Part shown: in pieces, positions 6,695 through 10,479 of the stretch
Layout: every line of letters begins with the position of its first letter
Position numbering within the stretch: position 1 is the first letter of the stretch
Source: Archangiaceae bacterium
GTDB lineage: Bacteria > Myxococcota > Myxococcia > Myxococcales > Myxococcaceae
Direction of reading: 5' to 3'
NCBI GenBank assembly: GCA_043750125.1
Contig: JAYVCD010000218.1
Coordinates: 1-10,479 of the forward strand
Length of the DNA: 10,479 nucleotides
Program-made: the position numbers and the translations under genes
The notes under the pieces: model-generated
Database searches by the model: none
Told to the model about the DNA's origin: nothing
Seen by the model: the letters and a program-made list of their open reading frames with translations, nothing else

Positions 6695-7612
6695 ATGCTC
6701 GTCACCTGGCTCGGCCATGCGCAGCTGTTCATCAATGCAGCGAACCGCTCATTGCTCATCGACCCCTGGTTCGCCGAGCCGATCTTCAAGGGCAGGTGGT
6801 TCCGGTATCCGCCGCCGCCCTACCCCAACGCTTCCACGGTGCAGCGGCCGGACTTTCTGCTGCTGAGCGACGCGCGGCTCGATCACTCCGCTCCGGAAAC
6901 GCTCGATCAGCTGCCCAAAGACCTGCCGACCTTCGCGCTGCGCGTTCCCTCGAGCGCGCTCCAAAGTCGGCTCGACCTCGCGGGCTTCTCGAATGTCCGA
7001 TGGGTCGCCGGTTGGGAAACGTTCGAGCTGAGCCCCGGCCTGAAGGTGACCTTCGTCCCGCACGATCAGGGTCAGAGCCTCGCCGCCACCGTGATCGAGG
7101 CCGAGGGCGTTCGCCTGGTCCACGGCAATTTCTGCAGCCTGTCGGTCGCCGGGTACCGGGAAGTCGTCGAGCGCCTCGGAAAGATCGACCTCGCGTTCCT
7201 TCCATCCTCCAGCGCCTCGATCGACCCGACCGACTTCGCCACCCTCGAGCCGAGCGGCGCGACGAAAAAGGCAGAGGGGATCCAGCAATTCCTCGCGGCG
7301 ATCGAAGGGCTACAGCCGGCTGAGGCCGCTCCCTTCGCGTCGGGGTGGGCGTTGCTCGATCCCGCCGAGCTCTGCAGAAACTTCCTCGATCGCCCCACAC
7401 CCGAAGAGACCCTGAAAGCCGCGATGCCGATCGCCGGAACACACGGAACCCACCTGCTCCACCTCGAGCCCGGCGATGAATGGACCCAACCGACCGGAGT
7501 GATCCGCAAAGGGCTGACCGCCGGCTGGGGGTACGACGCGAAGTCGATCGAGCGGTACGCCACCACCCGACCGGCAGCTAAAGGCCGAGCATCGCCAGCA
7601 ACCCCGCGCTGA
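6695..7612 (+). CDS. Metallo-beta-lactamase-fold protein (UlaG/Lactamase_B-like) with degenerate metal-binding motif
   Basis: The N-terminus 'VTWLGHAQLFI...LLIDPWF' and later 'PDFLLLS...DH', 'GKIDLAFLP' are typical of the MBL-fold UlaG-like group. The HxHxDH position reads DARLDH (6869-6886). Confidence 0.88.
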   Translation: MLVTWLGHAQLFINAANRSLLIDPWFAEPIFKGRWFRYPPPPYPNASTVQRPDFLLLSDARLDHSAPETLDQLPKDLPTFALRVPSSALQSRLDLAGFSNVRWVAGWETFELSPGLKVTFVPHDQGQSLAATVIEAEGVRLVHGNFCSLSVAGYREVVERLGKIDLAFLPSSSASIDPTDFATLEPSGATKKAEGIQQFLAAIEGLQPAEAAPFASGWALLDPAELCRNFLDRPTPEETLKAAMPIAGTHGTHLLHLEPGDEWTQPTGVIRKGLTAGWGYDAKSIERYATTRPAAKGRASPATPR

Positions 7613-8621
7613 AGCGATAGAGGATCGCCCACGACGGGCCGTTGAGTCCTTCGAGCAGGGCCATCGACGTTCCAAAAAGCAGCGCCGCGATCACCAGCGC
7701 ATAGGGAGCAAGCACCGTCATCGCTCCGATGTCCTTCCAGCTCCACTGCCCGCCGTCCCGAATCCGGGCCTGCTCCTGGTACCGGAACATCACCCACGCG
7801 AAGGGCCACATCGCGCACATCCACGCGACGAAGTTCACCAGCGGCACTCCGTGAAAAAACGGAGGCAGCGTCGAGTCCCACACCCAGCAATTCGCCGCGG
7901 TCGCCAGCGGGTCGATCTGCAGATCAAGCAGCGTCGCGCCCAGCGCCACCAAAGCCGCCGACAGCGCGTTCGATTCGCGCAGCACCGGCAGCCAGGTCCG
8001 CAACCGCCAGACGACGAACGTCGACATGTAGAGCACGACGCACCAGCCCACCATCGTCGCGACCGGAGCCAACAGCGGCTTGATCAACGTCAGCGTCAGA
8101 TGCGTCTCGTGGAAAAATCCCAGCAGGATCCCGCCGTTCTCGAGCAGCGCGCCGTAGACGAAGGCGGCCCCGAAGAAGAGCGCCGCGTGACCGGCCTTCG
8201 CCCGCGCCGCGTGCCACACCATCATCCCCGCCCAGAAAAAATTCGACAGCTCGTACCAGTACAAAAGCTGATCTCCCTGCAGCGGAGACGGCCGATGCCA
8301 GGCGAGCGTCATCATCGGCAACAACAACGCCGGGCCCAACGAGCCCAACAACAGCAGCGTCCGGCTCTCGACATCGGGAGCCCGCCAGGCGCGAACCACC
8401 GTGAAGATCGCGAACACGCTCAAGGGAAACACCGCCGTCCACGCCGTCTGGGTCAAAGGCGGCGAAAAGTTGGTCAGCGCGGTGTTGAGGAGCAGGCACC
8501 CATAGAAAAAGTAGAACCACGCCGGCAAGTGGGTCGCGACTTCCTGACGCGCGCGGGTCCACAGACGCGAGCCCGTAAAGGCATCTGCGGGAAGCTCGAT
8601 TTCACCCGTCTGCGGCGTCAT
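7578..8621 (-). CDS. Polytopic membrane protein with CruF/DUF422 (carotenoid biosynthesis protein, PF04240-like) domain
   Basis: Many hydrophobic helices. Family signature 'GALLENGG...APVATMVGW...LLDLQIDPLATAANCWVW...FFHGVPLVNFVAW'. ATG at 8621 is preferred over TTG at 8660. Confidence 0.82.
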   Translation of the reverse strand: MTPQTGEIELPADAFTGSRLWTRARQEVATHLPAWFYFFYGCLLLNTALTNFSPPLTQTAWTAVFPLSVFAIFTVVRAWRAPDVESRTLLLLGSLGPALLLPMMTLAWHRPSPLQGDQLLYWYELSNFFWAGMMVWHAARAKAGHAALFFGAAFVYGALLENGGILLGFFHETHLTLTLIKPLLAPVATMVGWCVVLYMSTFVVWRLRTWLPVLRESNALSAALVALGATLLDLQIDPLATAANCWVWDSTLPPFFHGVPLVNFVAWMCAMWPFAWVMFRYQEQARIRDGGQWSWKDIGAMTVLAPYALVIAALLFGTSMALLEGLNGPSWAILYRFSAGLLAMLGL

Positions 8622-8667
8622 TGGCCGGGCACCCTGACACGAGCCCAGAGGAGGACTCAAGCCGGGC

Positions 8668-8673
8668 TAAGGT
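8668..8673 (+). promoter_or_regulatory. Candidate -10 element (TAAGGT) for the ABC transporter operon
   Basis: TAnnnT hexamer 9 nt upstream of TTG 8683, inside the short divergent gap; no SD in between. Confidence 0.35.
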
Positions 8674-8682
8674 CCGCGCCCT

Positions 8683-9711
8683 TTGACTCTTCGCCTGGCC
8701 CTCGCACTTACCTTTGCCTTCACCGGCTGTCGCATCGAATGGGCCACACCCCAGGCGCAGGGAGCACCCGTCGAGGCGTCCCAGGGCCCCAGCGGCGACG
8801 TGTGGGTCTACACCTCGATGTACCGCCCGGTGGTCGATGCCCTCGAGCCGCTGCTGAAGCAACAGCTGCCGTCGGTGAAGGTGCATTGGTACCAGGCGGG
8901 CAGCGAGAAGGTGCTCGCCCGACTCGAAGCCGAGCTCGCCGCGGGCAGTACCCAGGCCGACATCATCGCCACGTCCGACCCTTTCCTCTACGCGCGCTTC
9001 AAGGCCGAAGGTCGCTGGCTCAAGTACGTCTCGCCCAATGGTCAGCGGCTGCCCCGGTCGCTGGTCGACCTCGACGGCGAGTACGCGGCGATTCGCGTCT
9101 CGACGATGGTGCTCGCGTACCGAAAGGGAATCCCCGCCGTGCCCGCGTCATTCGCCGAGCTCGCCGACCCCCGGTGGCAAGGAGAAGTCGCCCTGGGAGA
9201 TCCGCTCACCTCGGGCACTGCCTTCACCTGGGCCGTCTTCATGGACCAGGCCTACGGCCCTGAGTATTTCGAAAAGCTGCGAGCCAATGGAGCCCGCATC
9301 GCAGGCGGAAACGCGGCCGTGCTCCAGAAGCTCGAGGGCCAGGAAGCCCAGGTCGGAGTACTGCTGCTCGAGAACGCGCTGATCGCCCAAAGCAAGGGCA
9401 GCCCGATCGAGATTCGCTGGCCCGAAGATGGAGCGGTGATCATTCCAGGCTTCGCCGGGATTTTGAAGACCACGTCCCACGCTCGCGCCGCGCAGGCCGT
9501 GATTGATCTGCTGCTCTCGCCGCAGGGCCAGGCGCTGATGGTCGAAGGTCAGATGCACGCGGCAGACCCCCGGCTCGTCGGACCTCGAGGCCAGGCTTCA
9601 GTCGACGCGGTGATCGCCAAAGCGCGGGTCTGGAACGAGGCGATGCAAGAGCGAGGCAACAGCGACGGAACCCGCGTGAAGCAGGCGTTCAGCGAAGCGT
9701 TCTCGAAATGA
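8683..9711 (+). CDS. ABC transporter substrate-binding lipoprotein, AfuA/FbpA-like (Fe3+/thiamine/phosphorylated-solute group)
   Basis: Lipoprotein signal MTLRLALALTFAFTGC. Motifs 'VWVYTS', 'GSEKVLARLEAE...ADI', 'PASFAELADPRWQGEVALGDPLTSGT', 'WPEDGAVIIP', 'AAQAVIDLLLSPQGQ'. Confidence 0.92.
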   Translation: MTLRLALALTFAFTGCRIEWATPQAQGAPVEASQGPSGDVWVYTSMYRPVVDALEPLLKQQLPSVKVHWYQAGSEKVLARLEAELAAGSTQADIIATSDPFLYARFKAEGRWLKYVSPNGQRLPRSLVDLDGEYAAIRVSTMVLAYRKGIPAVPASFAELADPRWQGEVALGDPLTSGTAFTWAVFMDQAYGPEYFEKLRANGARIAGGNAAVLQKLEGQEAQVGVLLLENALIAQSKGSPIEIRWPEDGAVIIPGFAGILKTTSHARAAQAVIDLLLSPQGQALMVEGQMHAADPRLVGPRGQASVDAVIAKARVWNEAMQERGNSDGTRVKQAFSEAFSK

Positions 9712-10479
9712 AAAGGGTCCTCGCGCGGCTCGGGCTCGCCGCGCCGCTGCTGCTGTTCGCGCTGATTCCTCTGGGCCGGCTGGTCGCTCAGGGGTTGGGG
9801 CACCTGGGTGAAATCACCACCGACCCGGCGCTTCACGCCTTGAAGGGCACCGTGATCACCTCCACCGGTGCGGCGGTCTTCGCCTTCGCCCTCGGGCTTC
9901 CGCTCGCGGTGTTGCTGGCGCGCACCGATCTGCCCGCACGCCGGACCCTGCGGGCGGTCTTCACCCTGCCCACCGCGCTGCCGCCTTTCATCTTCGGCAT
10001 GGGCTGGGTCGCGCTCGCCAACCCCAAGGCCGGGCTGCTCAACCTCGCGGCCGGAAAGGGCACCTTCGACATCTACGGCGCGGCGGGGATCGCCTTCGTG
10101 CTCGGCGCCAGCGGGCTTCCCCTGGTGTTGCTCGCCGCCGGCGCAGCGCTCGAGGGTGTCGATGCCTCGCTGGAAGAAGCCGCTCGCCTGTGCGGCGCGG
10201 GTCCCCTGCGCACTCTGGCCCACGTCTCGCTGCCGCTGGCCCTTCCCGCCGCGCTCTCGGGAGCCGCCCTGGTGTTTCTCTTTTCTGCCTCGGCCTTCGG
10301 AGTGCCGTACCTGCTCGGAGTCACCGCGTCTCCACCGACGACGACCCTGACCACCCACGTCTACGCGTTGGTTCAGGTGGGCGCCGGCGGGCTGGCTTCC
10401 GCCGGAGCGATCTCTTTGGTGCTCCTCGCCCTCGCGTCCCTGGTGCTGCTCACGAGCCGAATCGTTTCACGCGCCCGAC
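9708..10479 (+). CDS. ABC transporter permease, FbpB/AfuB/ThiP-like; 3' end beyond window
   Basis: ATG at 9708 overlaps the binding-protein stop (ATGA). Manual translation MKRVLARLGLAAPLLLFALIPL...LGLPLAVLLARTDLPARR...LPPFIFGMGW is open to the right edge. EAA loop 'DASLEEAARLCGA' at 10161-10199. Absent from the ORF track because it has no stop in the window. Confidence 0.93.
   Translation, partial: MKRVLARLGLAAPLLLFALIPLGRLVAQGLGHLGEITTDPALHALKGTVITSTGAAVFAFALGLPLAVLLARTDLPARRTLRAVFTLPTALPPFIFGMGWVALANPKAGLLNLAAGKGTFDIYGAAGIAFVLGASGLPLVLLAAGAALEGVDASLEEAARLCGAGPLRTLAHVSLPLALPAALSGAALVFLFSASAFGVPYLLGVTASPPTTTLTTHVYALVQVGAGGLASAGAISLVLLALASLVLLTSRIVSRAR

Overview
GC-rich bacterial window with a Myxococcota-like gene repertoire (lineage inferred from protein families, not proven). 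It holds nine probable CDSs. Left to right: a minus-strand pair of a Myxococcales-type ECF-like sigma-70 factor (1695-2513) and an overlapping Ser/Thr kinase with an N-terminal HxxxCxxC anti-sigma-like zinc finger (ATG 1711, runs off the left edge, absent from the ORF track); a divergent Cys-rich exported protein with three 25-aa repeats; a GNAT acetyltransferase; the helicase hrpB; a metallo-beta-lactamase-fold protein with a degenerate metal motif; a CruF/DUF422-like membrane protein; and an ABC transporter binding protein plus a partial permease. No rRNA, tRNA, CRISPR array or mobile element was seen. The most interesting items are the sigma/zinc-finger-kinase module facing the Cys-rich gene, a candidate pseudoknotted structured element with competing hairpins between them, and the probable pseudo-enzyme. 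Nothing here is demonstrably a new system from sequence alone.
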